Source: Betaproteobacteria bacterium (GTDB taxonomy: Bacteria; Pseudomonadota; Gammaproteobacteria; Burkholderiales; UBA3065). Taken from it: a DNA stretch of 64,000 nt. This document shows positions 47,373-56,373 of this stretch, one piece after another. Position 1 is the first letter of the stretch; every line of letters starts with the position of its first letter. Location: positions 678 to 64,677 of the forward strand of contig RFMI01000093.1 in NCBI GenBank assembly GCA_009927815.1, read 5' to 3'. The translations under genes were made by a program, and so were the position numbers. The notes below the pieces were generated by a model. The model was not told where the DNA came from. It worked only from the letters and a program-made list of their open reading frames with translations, and searched no databases.

Positions 47373-47466
47373 AGTGTGTCTCCTTGGGGGCGGTGTGGGC
47401 GCTGGGGCGATTTGCTCGGCCGTGAGATATGGAAACTATCCAAATCGGGCTGTGAGCCGCGCAGAA

Positions 47467-47568
47467 TTGTGCATATGCACAAAAAGAATAGGCTCATTCA
47501 GAAAACTTCAAAAGGGTCTTGCAGGGAAGAATTCCTGTGCTAGAGTTACAAGCGGAAACAACTGTAAC
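47467..47568 (+). promoter_or_regulatory. Putative xoxF promoter with two inverted-repeat operators
   Basis: Perfect palindrome TTGTGCATATGCACAA (47467-47482); TTGCAG-16 nt-TAGAGT (47519-47546); GTTACA-N12-TGTAAC (47545-47568). Confidence 0.55.
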
Positions 47569-47675
47569 GTTCCTAAAAAGGGTCTCCCTTGGAGCAACCA
47601 GTTGGGTCTGGCGCCTAGATCATCATCCGATGGTCGGGCAAATCGCTAAATGCGACTTCATCTGAGGAGGTTGTT

Positions 47676-49481
47676 ATGGCAGTTAAGAACCTGTGGCCCG
47701 TAGTGGCCCTGGCTGTTGCAGCACCGTCGGCCGCTCTGGCCAACGCTGACCTGGCCAAGCTGATGGCTGATTCGAAGAACTGGGCCGCTCCGGCCGGTAA
47801 CTTCTCGAACCATCGTCACACCAAGTTGACCCAGATCAACAAGAGCAACGTTAACAAGCTGCAAGTGGCTTGGACGTTCTCGACCGGCGTCCTGCGCGGC
47901 CACGAAGGCGGCCCGCTGGTCATCGGCGACACCCTGTACGTTCACTCGGCTTTCCCGAACAAGGTTTTCGCCATCAACCTGGCTGACCAAACCATCAAGT
48001 GGAAGTACGAGCCGAAGCAAGACCCGAGCGTGATCCCGGTCATGTGCTGTGACACCGTTAACCGTGGCCTGGCCTACGGCGACGGCAAGATCCTGCTGCA
48101 ACAAGCTGACACCACCCTCGTTGCTCTCGACGCCAAGTCGGGCAAGCCGGTGTGGTCGGTTAAGAACGGCGACCCGAAGGTCGGCCAAACCAACACCAAC
48201 GCCCCCCACGTCTTCAAGGACAAGGTCTTCACCGGTATCTCCGGTGGTGAATTCGGCGTTCGCGGTTGGGTTGCTGCCTACAACCTGAAGGACGGCAAGC
48301 TGGCATGGAAGGGTTACTCGATGGGTCCGGACAGCGACATGCTGATGGATCCGAACACCACCATGACCTTCACCGACGGCAAGATGGCTCCGGTCGGCAA
48401 GGACAGCTCGCTGAAGACCTGGCAGGGCGATCAGTGGAAGATCGGCGGCGGCACCACCTGGGGCTGGTACTCGTACGATCCGGAACTGAACGCAATGTTC
48501 TACGGCAACGGCAACCCGTCGACCTGGAACCCGAAGCAACGCCCGGGCGACAACAAGTGGTCGATGAGCCTGTGGTCGCGTGACGTTGACAGCGGTAAGG
48601 TCAACTGGGTCTACCAAATGACCCCGCACGACGAGTGGGACTTTGACGGCATCAACGAAGTGCCGCTGTTCGAAGGCAAGGACAAGAACGGCAAAGAGCG
48701 CAAGATGCTGGCTCACTTCGACCGTAACGGCTTCGGCTACACCCTGGATCGTAAGACCGGCGAACTGCTGGTTGCTGAGAAGTTCGATCCGGCCGTGAAC
48801 TGGGCCACCCACGTCGACATGAAGACTGGCCGTCCGCAAGTCGTGGCCAAGTACTCGACCCACCAGAACGGTGAAGACGTCAACTCGAAGGGCATCTGCC
48901 CGGCAGCTCTGGGTACCAAGGATCAACAGCCGGCGGCTTACGATCCGGTCTCGGGTCTGTTCCTGGTCCCGACCAACCACGTGTGTATGGACTACGAGCC
49001 GTTCCGTGTCGAGTACACCGCTGGTCAACCGTACGTTGGCGCAACCCTGGCCATGTTCCCGGCTCCGAACAGCCACGGCGGCATGGGCAACTTCATCGGT
49101 TGGGATCCGATCAAGGGCAAGATCGTTTGGTCGATCCCCGAGAAGTTCTCGGTTTGGTCGGGCGCTCTGACCACCGCTTCGGGTCTGGCTTTCTACGGCA
49201 CGCTGGACGCCCGTCTGAAGGCTGTTGACATCAAGGCTGGTAAGGTTGTTTGGACCTCGCCGAAGCTCCCGTCGGGCGTGATCGGTAACGTTCACAGCTG
49301 GGAATTCCAAGGCAAGCAGTACGTCGGCGTTCTGACCGGCATCGGTGGCTGGGCCGGTATCGGCATGGCTGCTGGCCTGGAGAAGGACAGCGACGGTCTG
49401 GGCGCTGTGGGTGGCTACAAGGAACTCGCCAAGTACGGCGATCTGGGTGGCACCCTGATGGTCTTCGCTCTGGCGAACTAA
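47676..49481 (+). CDS. xoxF: Lanthanide-dependent PQQ methanol dehydrogenase
   Basis: Signal peptide, AWTFSTG..RGHEG.P, vicinal CC in [33 protein letters not shown] (extra Asp where MxaF has Ala); strong RBS GAGGAGG. Confidence 0.96.
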   Translation: MAVKNLWPVVALAVAAPSAALANADLAKLMADSKNWAAPAGNFSNHRHTKLTQINKSNVNKLQVAWTFSTGVLRGHEGGPLVIGDTLYVHSAFPNKVFAINLADQTIKWKYEPKQDPSVIPVMCCDTVNRGLAYGDGKILLQQADTTLVALDAKSGKPVWSVKNGDPKVGQTNTNAPHVFKDKVFTGISGGEFGVRGWVAAYNLKDGKLAWKGYSMGPDSDMLMDPNTTMTFTDGKMAPVGKDSSLKTWQGDQWKIGGGTTWGWYSYDPELNAMFYGNGNPSTWNPKQRPGDNKWSMSLWSRDVDSGKVNWVYQMTPHDEWDFDGINEVPLFEGKDKNGKERKMLAHFDRNGFGYTLDRKTGELLVAEKFDPAVNWATHVDMKTGRPQVVAKYSTHQNGEDVNSKGICPAALGTKDQQPAAYDPVSGLFLVPTNHVCMDYEPFRVEYTAGQPYVGATLAMFPAPNSHGGMGNFIGWDPIKGKIVWSIPEKFSVWSGALTTASGLAFYGTLDARLKAVDIKAGKVVWTSPKLPSGVIGNVHSWEFQGKQYVGVLTGIGGWAGIGMAAGLEKDSDGLGAVGGYKELAKYGDLGGTLMVFALAN

Positions 49482-49521
49482 TTCGGACCTGCGGCAGTCC
49501 TACTGCCGCAACCGAGTCAGG

Positions 49522-49558
49522 GAAACTGGCACTCTTTCGGGAGTGCCAGTTTTTTTTG
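49522..49558 (+). terminator. Rho-independent terminator after xoxF
   Basis: AAACTGGCACTC-TTTCGG-GAGTGCCAGTTT plus a long T run; extra hairpin GCGGCAGT/ACTGCCGC at 49491-49509. Confidence 0.88.
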
Positions 49559-49577
49559 TGTCCGCAGGAGGAGCATT

Positions 49578-50471
49578 TTGAAAACCATCGCATCAACCCT
49601 CGCTGGCGCCGTCTTTACGGCTGCTGCCCTTGTTGCACCCCAGGCACAAGCCGCAACCGCCCAAGAAAAAGGCATCCTGCGCGTCTGCGCCGACCCCAAC
49701 AGCATGCCGTTCTCCAATCAAGCCGGTGAAGGCCTGGAAAACCGCATCGCCGAGATGATGGCCAAAGATTTCGGCTGGAAGGTCGAGTTTTTCTTTTTCC
49801 CTCAACGCATGGCGTTCTTCCGCAACAGCCTGAAGGCCAAAGCGGCCGATGGTGAAGAGGGGTACAAGTGCGATCTCGCCACAAGCTCGGCACCTGAGGC
49901 CGAGGGTGCTGTGGCGACCAAAACCTATTACACGTCGACCTGGACTATGGTGATGCCGGCCGGCAAAGGTCTGGACGCAATCCGTCAGCCGGATGATCTG
50001 CTGAAACTGCCTAAGGACCAGCTCGCCAAGCTGCGCTTTGGCGTGTTCCCGGCATCTCCCGGGGCTGACTGGGTGCTGCGCAACGGGTTCGATAAGCAGA
50101 TGGTGCCGTTCCAGCAAATGCTGGGCGATCCGAATTCGTATCCCGGCCAGATGGTGGACGTGTCTTTGGTGAAGGGCGACATCGATGTGGCCTTTATCTG
50201 GGGCCCCATCGGCAGTTATCACGCGCGCCAGAGTAAGGCCGTCAAGCTGCGGGTGGTGCCGATGGTGCCGGACGCTGAGACCGTGACCGACTTCTCTATC
50301 GCCATGGCCGTTCGCTACCGCGAGCCGGAATGGAAAGCCAAGGTCGAGGACTTCCTCACCCGCCGCAAGGCCGACATCGACAAAGTCATGGCCGACTATG
50401 GCGTGCCGCTGGTGCAGACCGACGGCTCGGTGTTGGTCAACGGCGAGCGCTTCGACCGCCCGCGTAAGTGA
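49578..50471 (+). CDS. xoxJ: XoxJ/MxaJ-like periplasmic binding-fold protein
   Basis: LRVCADPNSMPFSN..GEGLENRIA, DVAFIWGP, IAMAVR, YGVP; directly after xoxF; TTG start. Confidence 0.88.
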   Translation: MKTIASTLAGAVFTAAALVAPQAQAATAQEKGILRVCADPNSMPFSNQAGEGLENRIAEMMAKDFGWKVEFFFFPQRMAFFRNSLKAKAADGEEGYKCDLATSSAPEAEGAVATKTYYTSTWTMVMPAGKGLDAIRQPDDLLKLPKDQLAKLRFGVFPASPGADWVLRNGFDKQMVPFQQMLGDPNSYPGQMVDVSLVKGDIDVAFIWGPIGSYHARQSKAVKLRVVPMVPDAETVTDFSIAMAVRYREPEWKAKVEDFLTRRKADIDKVMADYGVPLVQTDGSVLVNGERFDRPRK

Positions 50472-51442
50472 GCGTAAACGCAGTTCGCCATGCCCTGACC
50501 CGCCTGCACCTGCTGGCGGGTTTTTTGTGTCTAGCGGACGGGGTATGGGCCCAGCCGCTGGCAGTCGTCACCGAGCAGGGCGCGCATGCAGTGGCCATGG
50601 TGGACCTCTCGGCTCTGTCAGTGCGGCGTCAGGTGGCTGTGGGCGAGGCCCCGGCCGGTGTCGCGGTGGATGTGCAACGCCGCCGAGCGTACGTTAGCAA
50701 CGCCGAGGGTCGCAGTGTCAGCATGATCGACGTCGACCACGACAGCGTACTGCTGACCCGCGCGCTGGGTGCGGGTCCGGTGGGAATTGCCGTCGATCCG
50801 GCGCGAGGCGTCGTGGCGGTCGCCGATTGGTACCGCAATAGCCTGTGGTTGCTGAGCGCCGATGACTTGTCGGTGCAAGCCGAGGTGCCCGTCGGTCGTG
50901 CGCCCGCCGGGGTTGAATTCAGCGACGACGGTCGGCGCGTGTACGTCGCCAATCGTGACGACAATAGCGTCTCGGTGGTGGACATCGAGGCGAGGCGCGA
51001 GTCTGAGCGCTGGCCGGTGGGCGATCATCCATTCGGCCTGCGCCTGAGTCCCGATGGCCGCCAATTGTGGGTTACCAACGTGCAGAGCCATGACGTCACG
51101 GTTTTGGATACGGCGCCCATAGCCGCCGCAGGGCGTACCCTGGCCACCCTGCCGGTCGGGCACCGCCCGTATTGCGTCGCTTTTGCGGCTGGTCGTGCCT
51201 TTGTCACCAATCAGTACGGCGACAGTTTGAGCGTGATCGATGCGACATCACGGCATACCGTGGCGACCATTCCGACCGGCGCCTATCCTGAGGGCATCGA
51301 CGCGCTGGGAGACCGCGTGTGGGTGGTGTCGTGGATGGACGAGGTGCTGATTGCCTTGGACGCACGGACCTTAAAAGTGACCGCCCGCGTACCTTTAGGC
51401 AGTAACCCCCGCGGTTTTGGCCGGTTTGTTTTGGCAGAATAG
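50468..51442 (+). CDS. YVTN/YncE-type beta-propeller protein (MxaE-like)
   Basis: Repeated ~40-aa blades VG..P.G.....DG...YV.N....SVSVID. Confidence 0.82.
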   Translation: MSVNAVRHALTRLHLLAGFLCLADGVWAQPLAVVTEQGAHAVAMVDLSALSVRRQVAVGEAPAGVAVDVQRRRAYVSNAEGRSVSMIDVDHDSVLLTRALGAGPVGIAVDPARGVVAVADWYRNSLWLLSADDLSVQAEVPVGRAPAGVEFSDDGRRVYVANRDDNSVSVVDIEARRESERWPVGDHPFGLRLSPDGRQLWVTNVQSHDVTVLDTAPIAAAGRTLATLPVGHRPYCVAFAAGRAFVTNQYGDSLSVIDATSRHTVATIPTGAYPEGIDALGDRVWVVSWMDEVLIALDARTLKVTARVPLGSNPRGFGRFVLAE

Positions 51443-51478
51443 AGTCAGTCTTGTTTCATCAACCTGTGGAGATTTGCC

Positions 51479-51985
51479 ATGCAGTTGTCCCGCCTGATTG
51501 CCCTGGCCACCTTGTTGTTGCCTGGCCTCGCCTTTGCGCACGGTCCGACCCGTCAAAAAGCTGTTGAAACCATCGAGATCGCTGCGCCACCGGCTCAGGT
51601 GTGGGCGATGGTCAAAGATTGGGCTGGAATGGCCAAATGGCACCCGGCAGTCGCCGAGGTTGGCGGCAACGGCAACGAGCGCATCTTGAATCTGAAGAGC
51701 GGCGGCAAGGTGGTCGAGGAGTTGGAGGCCGTAGACGACGCCAGCATGTTGCTGCGGTACCGCATGAAAGATCCGGGCCCGGTGCCGGTCAACAATTACA
51801 GCGCCGCCATGACCGTCGTGGCCCAAGGTGGCGGTTCGATGGTGCAGTGGAAGGGCGCTTTCTATCGGGCTTTTCTGAATAACGACCCGCCGCCGGACCA
51901 AAACGACGAAGCAGCAGTAAAAGCCATCACGGGAATCTACAAATCAGGTCTTGAGGGTCTGAAGAAGGCTGTTGAGGGCAAGTAA
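51479..51985 (+). CDS. mxaD: Secreted SRPBCC-fold protein (MxaD-like)
   Basis: Signal peptide AFA-HGPTRQK, VWAMV.DW..MAKWHPAV, GIYKSGLEGLK. Confidence 0.75.
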   Translation: MQLSRLIALATLLLPGLAFAHGPTRQKAVETIEIAAPPAQVWAMVKDWAGMAKWHPAVAEVGGNGNERILNLKSGGKVVEELEAVDDASMLLRYRMKDPGPVPVNNYSAAMTVVAQGGGSMVQWKGAFYRAFLNNDPPPDQNDEAAVKAITGIYKSGLEGLKKAVEGK

Positions 51986-51988
51986 ACG

Positions 51989-53062
51989 TCAGACTGGGCG
52001 GCGGCGCAAACGCTGCTGCCGCCATTGACGTAGCGGCCAGCCGAGCCAGTAGCGAGTCCAGTCCAAGGGGCTGAGGTTGCTGCGCCAGTACGCCATGATC
52101 AGACATATCAGTGCCAATACGCCCAGCGCCGGGCTGATCGGGGTTTTAACCCAACGCCACGTCGACGCCGGCCCGCCGATCAGCTGATCGGCCAGCCCTG
52201 AGCCGGTACCCAAGCGCGTGTATCCGAACTCGAGCTCTTCGGCGAGCAGCTTGAGATAGCTCTCGCGCAGTTGCGACAGGTGCTCCCGGCCAGGCTGCGC
52301 CTGCAGGCGCAAGGTGACGTCGCTCGACACTTTGCCGGCATCCGCGTCGGCCATCTTCTCGCCACCACCCGTGGTCGAGCGTCCGCTGGTGTAGGGATCC
52401 GATTGCGCGACCTCTTGCGCCTGCCAGACGCCGATTTGCCGGCCACGCTCGTCGAGCTTGGGGATCGGGCTGAGGGTCGGCTCGCCGACGCCCACCAACC
52501 AGCCTTTGACCGCGCCGACCGTACCGCGGAACTGCGGCCGGTAGCGCGCTGACACGGGTGGTGCTTCCTGCCCGTCGGTGAGAAACACCAGTTGCGTGCT
52601 GCTAGACGATCCATCGATGAAGCCGATCGCGTTGTAGATGCCCTTGGCGATTTCGCTGTCGGTCGCCCAGATGGTGTCGGGCGAAATGCCCGAGGCGCTT
52701 TTCTCGAGTTCGTTGTAGTACTCGCAGACCTCGACCGGCTGGAACATGACCATGGTCTGGTAGCCGGCGAATACGCCCAGGCCGACTTCGGTGCCGCAGG
52801 GCAGGGCGCGCACGGTCTCAGCAATGCGGCGTTGGATGGCTGCTGCACGGCTGGTGAGCTCACCGTCCACCCGCATGTCGCGCACATACATGCTGCGCGA
52901 GATGTCGACCACCATCAGAAAGCTATGCACCGGTTGCAGCACCGGAATTTCCGGTTGCACCGCGGCCAGGGCCATTAGCACGCCGGCGGTATTGAGCATG
53001 GCGCGGCGGGTCGGCGTGAAGCCACGGCCGAGCCTGGGCAGGTGCAATCGGGGAATCCGCAT
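51989..53062 (-). CDS. mxaL: MxaL-like vWA-domain protein
   Basis: MIDAS VVDISRSM, ALPCG..VGLGVF, PVEVC, TDGQEAPP, EHLSQLRE.YL; last gene of the RSACKL order. Confidence 0.8.
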   Translation of the reverse strand: MRIPRLHLPRLGRGFTPTRRAMLNTAGVLMALAAVQPEIPVLQPVHSFLMVVDISRSMYVRDMRVDGELTSRAAAIQRRIAETVRALPCGTEVGLGVFAGYQTMVMFQPVEVCEYYNELEKSASGISPDTIWATDSEIAKGIYNAIGFIDGSSSSTQLVFLTDGQEAPPVSARYRPQFRGTVGAVKGWLVGVGEPTLSPIPKLDERGRQIGVWQAQEVAQSDPYTSGRSTTGGGEKMADADAGKVSSDVTLRLQAQPGREHLSQLRESYLKLLAEELEFGYTRLGTGSGLADQLIGGPASTWRWVKTPISPALGVLALICLIMAYWRSNLSPLDWTRYWLGWPLRQWRQQRLRRRPV

Positions 53063-53616
53063 CACGGCAGGCCCTGGGCTTCCACTTGCATGGTGGTCAC
53101 CGAGCGCTCGGCTTTGGGCGGCGGCGGCAGCACCTCGGTCTCTTCCAGTTCGGCTTCCGGGTTGCGGCGGAGGGCACGCTCGAGGTTGTAGCGCGCGTCC
53201 ATCTGCAGAGGCTCGCTGCGCAGCACCGATCGGTACGAGGCTTTCGCCAGCTCGAAATTGGGGATAGCCGCCGCGGTCTCGCCGGCATCTGCGGCTTCGA
53301 TGGCGTCGCGCAGGTAGAGGTTGCCGCTGTTAAACCGCGCCGCCAAGCGCAGCGTCGGCGAGCTGCTGTCGTCGTTTTCGACGCGGTTGTAGAGCGCCAG
53401 GGCTTCGGTGATCTTGCCGGTGCCAGCGGTCTTCACCGCGGCGGCAAACAGCTCTTCGGGGTGCGGCGACGTCGGTTGTGCCAGACCGCCAGCGATGCGG
53501 GCATTCACGCTGTCGGCTTCGCGCAAGGCCAGCCCGTCGCGCGTGGCAAGAGAGGCCAGCGTGACCAGGGCGACGACGCTGGTCAGCGTGATGAGGGTGC
53601 GGCGGATCTTGACCAT
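53062..53616 (-). CDS. mxaK: MxaK-like TPR protein
   Basis: FNSGNLYLR, AKASYR, DARYNLE, GLP end. Confidence 0.8.
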   Translation of the reverse strand: MVKIRRTLITLTSVVALVTLASLATRDGLALREADSVNARIAGGLAQPTSPHPEELFAAAVKTAGTGKITEALALYNRVENDDSSSPTLRLAARFNSGNLYLRDAIEAADAGETAAAIPNFELAKASYRSVLRSEPLQMDARYNLERALRRNPEAELEETEVLPPPPKAERSVTTMQVEAQGLP

Positions 53617-54604
53617 CGGGTCACCTGTAGGGCGGAGACAACAATCACGGGGGCCAGCAGCAACAGCGCGAGGCCAAAGGTTAAGACGTCGAGCGGTTGG
53701 CGCGGCAGGATCTCGGTGGTGCGGGTGGGGAGTCGCTGCAGACGGTCGATGTCGGCGATCGCCGCTTTCAGCCGTGCTGGGTCCTCAACCTCATAAGCGT
53801 GGTAGGGCACGCCCATCTGCTTGAAGAACCGGTCGAGGAAGTACTCGGGCACCGAGTCGCTCTGTTCGCCGCTGGCAGCAGCGGACTGCAGCCCCGGGCT
53901 GCCGCTGCCGCGCAGGTAAATCCAGTAGAGCGACACCCGGTAGAAGCGGGTGGCCTCGACGATGCGTTTGCGGGTGATTTCGTCCAGTTGGGCGCCGCCG
54001 TCGGAGACCAGCAGCAACACGCGCGACCGTTGTAGGGGCGATTCTCGAAGTACTGCAAGCCCGCCAGCACCGCTTGGCCGATGTCGGTCTCGGCGAGCCC
54101 ACGGCCCAGACCCGCGGCGTCGATTGCCGCTTGCAGGGCAGCGTGATGGGTGGTCAGCGGCAGCACCGGTATCGGCCGCGTCGAGAAATTGAGTAGACCG
54201 ATGGCGTCGTTAGGGCGCTGCGTTACGAATTCGGAGAGCACCCGGCGAGCCGCTGCGTTTTTTGTTTCGCCCATCTGCATCAGAAGCTGTTGGCCAGCTT
54301 GCATCCGGCCAAACCCTTGGTCCATGCTGCGGCTGCGATCGAGCATGATGACGATCTCGGCACCGGTGCCGACAGTTTCGATCACCCGTTCGCCACGCGA
54401 CAGTCCGGCAACGCCCAGCACCAGCGAGACGATGCCCAGCATCGAGCCGACCCGCAGCGCGGTCTCGAGGCTGCGGCTCAAGGGGTCTGCCGGCACAAGC
54501 GCCAGGTTGGGGTGCATCACCGATTGCATCGGGATGCGCAACAGCGGTAGCAAGGCCAGCGGCAGGGCCAGCAGCAGCCACGGGTGATCGAAGGCGAGAT
54601 TCAC
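53583..54604 (-). CDS. mxaC: MxaC-like vWA-domain membrane protein (apparent 1-nt deletion near 54027)
   Basis: FDHPWLLL, MIDAS LDRSRSMD; one added base gives YNGSRVLLLVSDGGA; LYWIYLR. Confidence 0.8.
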
Positions 54605-54612
54605 CGGTGCCC

Positions 54613-55515
54613 CTAGTGGATGCCGCGCTCGATGGCGCGCGCATCGTTGAGCGTCTGCAACAGGCGCGCGCGTTGGTCGCGTCCCGGCCAGGCGCCGTCG
54701 GTGAAGAACACGGCTCGCGACACCGTTAACCACTCGCTAAGCGCCGGCAGCAGGCGGTCCCAGGCAGCGTTGCGCTGTGCCAACAGCGTCACATTGTGCG
54801 TAAACACGGTCTGTCCCGCGGTTTGGTCGAGGGCTGCGTGCAGAGCACGCAAGGCGGCACTCCAGAACTCTTGGTCGTCGCGGTTGCGCGCGCGGTGCGC
54901 TTGGCGAACGGCTTTGGCGAACGGACGTGGGCGCGGCAACAAGGCGTCCCACGGTGTCCAGCAGTACACCAGCGCCAGGATTGGCAGCAAGGCGGCCAGC
55001 GCCAGCCAGCGCAGTCGCGTCGTCAACGGCGCGGTATCGATGCCTTTGGCCGGAATGTCAGCTTGCGTTTCGGTGAGCCGGTCGCGGCCGAGAACCGTCT
55101 GCGGCGTCATCGGCGCCACTGTGACCCAGGCCGGCTGCAGCGGCAGACGGACCAAGCGCTGACCGTCGGTGACCGGTACGGCAAAGCTTGGCGTGCTCAC
55201 CGTACGCACTTCGGTGGGCACGTTGATCACCTGGTAATCCAACACCAAGCGGACACTGCCATCGTCAGGGCGGTCCACAGCGATACTGCGCAACTCGAAC
55301 CAGGTGCCGGCACGGCCCGGCTTTGTCAGCGCTTTGTCTTGCACGCGGACGCCGGGCGCCGGGAATACCCGCACTTCGCGCTGGAAGGTGTCGCCAATCT
55401 GGTAGCCGTAGGGTCGCGGGTCGTGGACCGCGATGCGGGTTTCAGTGAGCGTGTCGTCGGCGTGGGCCGAACCCGCCAGGAGCAGGGCCGCCAAAGTTGC
55501 AAACAGTCGTTTCAT
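54613..55515 (-). CDS. mxaA: MxaA-like protein
   Basis: Signal peptide, PRPYGYQIGD, YQ, TM then RPFAKA, ALRALHAALD; ATGA coupling to mxaS. Confidence 0.78.
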   Translation of the reverse strand: MKRLFATLAALLLAGSAHADDTLTETRIAVHDPRPYGYQIGDTFQREVRVFPAPGVRVQDKALTKPGRAGTWFELRSIAVDRPDDGSVRLVLDYQVINVPTEVRTVSTPSFAVPVTDGQRLVRLPLQPAWVTVAPMTPQTVLGRDRLTETQADIPAKGIDTAPLTTRLRWLALAALLPILALVYCWTPWDALLPRPRPFAKAVRQAHRARNRDDQEFWSAALRALHAALDQTAGQTVFTHNVTLLAQRNAAWDRLLPALSEWLTVSRAVFFTDGAWPGRDQRARLLQTLNDARAIERGIH

Positions 55516-56360
55516 GCAGCGATCCCGTAGAAATGCGCGCTCACCGCGTCGGCCGAGAAGCCGTCGCGCAAAAACAAGGGGCGGGTGTCGAACGACTGAC
55601 ACAGGTCGCGCAGCGCCTGGTCTCGCTCGGCGTAGGCATCTGCCGGCGCAGCGTCCCAACTGCGGCGCAGCCAGAGCAGCCGGCGCTCGCCACTTTCGAT
55701 GTCCTGCCCCAGGGCAAAGCCGCGCGTCGGCCAGTCGCTGAATTCGCTGCGGTCGCGGATCACCACCGGCACCACGTGGTGCCGCGGCACCGCTTCCAGA
55801 AAGCTCTGCAGGACTGTCAGCGGCCAGTGAAAGTCGGAGACGACAAAAATCAGCCCCGATTCACGCGGCAGCCATGCGGGAACCTCGAGCAGGCCTGCGT
55901 GGCCCGCTTGGCGCTGCGGGTTGTCGCGCAGCTGTTCGAGGACGCTGTCGACCGCCGCACGCTGTTGTCGCACCGGAAGATAGCAGTCGTCGCGCAAGCG
56001 TGCGTCAAAACCGACGAGTCCGAAGCGGTCGCCCATCCGGCTGGCTGACCACGCCGCCGCGTGAACGAAATCAGACGCCGTGGCAGCGGTGTCATGCTGG
56101 CCAGCAAATGTCATCGACGACGATAGATCGAGCACGGTGACCACTGGGATTGCCGCCCGCTGCTGGTACTCGCGGACCCACCATTGCTCGGCCGGGTCAC
56201 GCAGGCTGGCGCGAACATCGAGCCGGCGCGGGTCGGGGTGGGCGAACAGCGAGACATGGCGGCGAAACAGCATGCCGCCGCCGCTCATATTGCTCTGGTG
56301 AGCCCCCGGGCGTTGGCTGTAAGCCTTGCCCGGTAGCCGATAGTGGAATTCGGCGACCAT
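55512..56360 (-). CDS. mxaS: MxaS-like DUF58/vWA protein
   Basis: EFHYRLP, PGAH, PDPRRLDVRAS, DLSSSM, VSDFH. Confidence 0.82.
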   Translation of the reverse strand: MVAEFHYRLPGKAYSQRPGAHQSNMSGGGMLFRRHVSLFAHPDPRRLDVRASLRDPAEQWWVREYQQRAAIPVVTVLDLSSSMTFAGQHDTAATASDFVHAAAWSASRMGDRFGLVGFDARLRDDCYLPVRQQRAAVDSVLEQLRDNPQRQAGHAGLLEVPAWLPRESGLIFVVSDFHWPLTVLQSFLEAVPRHHVVPVVIRDRSEFSDWPTRGFALGQDIESGERRLLWLRRSWDAAPADAYAERDQALRDLCQSFDTRPLFLRDGFSADAVSAHFYGIAA

Positions 56361-56373
56361 GGGTCAGAGCCGG

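Noticed and set aside
47658..49310. 550-aa ORF antisense to xoxF, and similar long antisense ORFs over tig, nrdA, the ABC SBP and aroG
   Set aside because: Shadow ORFs expected from GC-rich, codon-biased genes; no recognisable motifs
47676..49481. Calcium-dependent mxaF, suggested by the adjacent mxa genes
   Set aside because: WDFD motif rather than WDYA, and no mxaI
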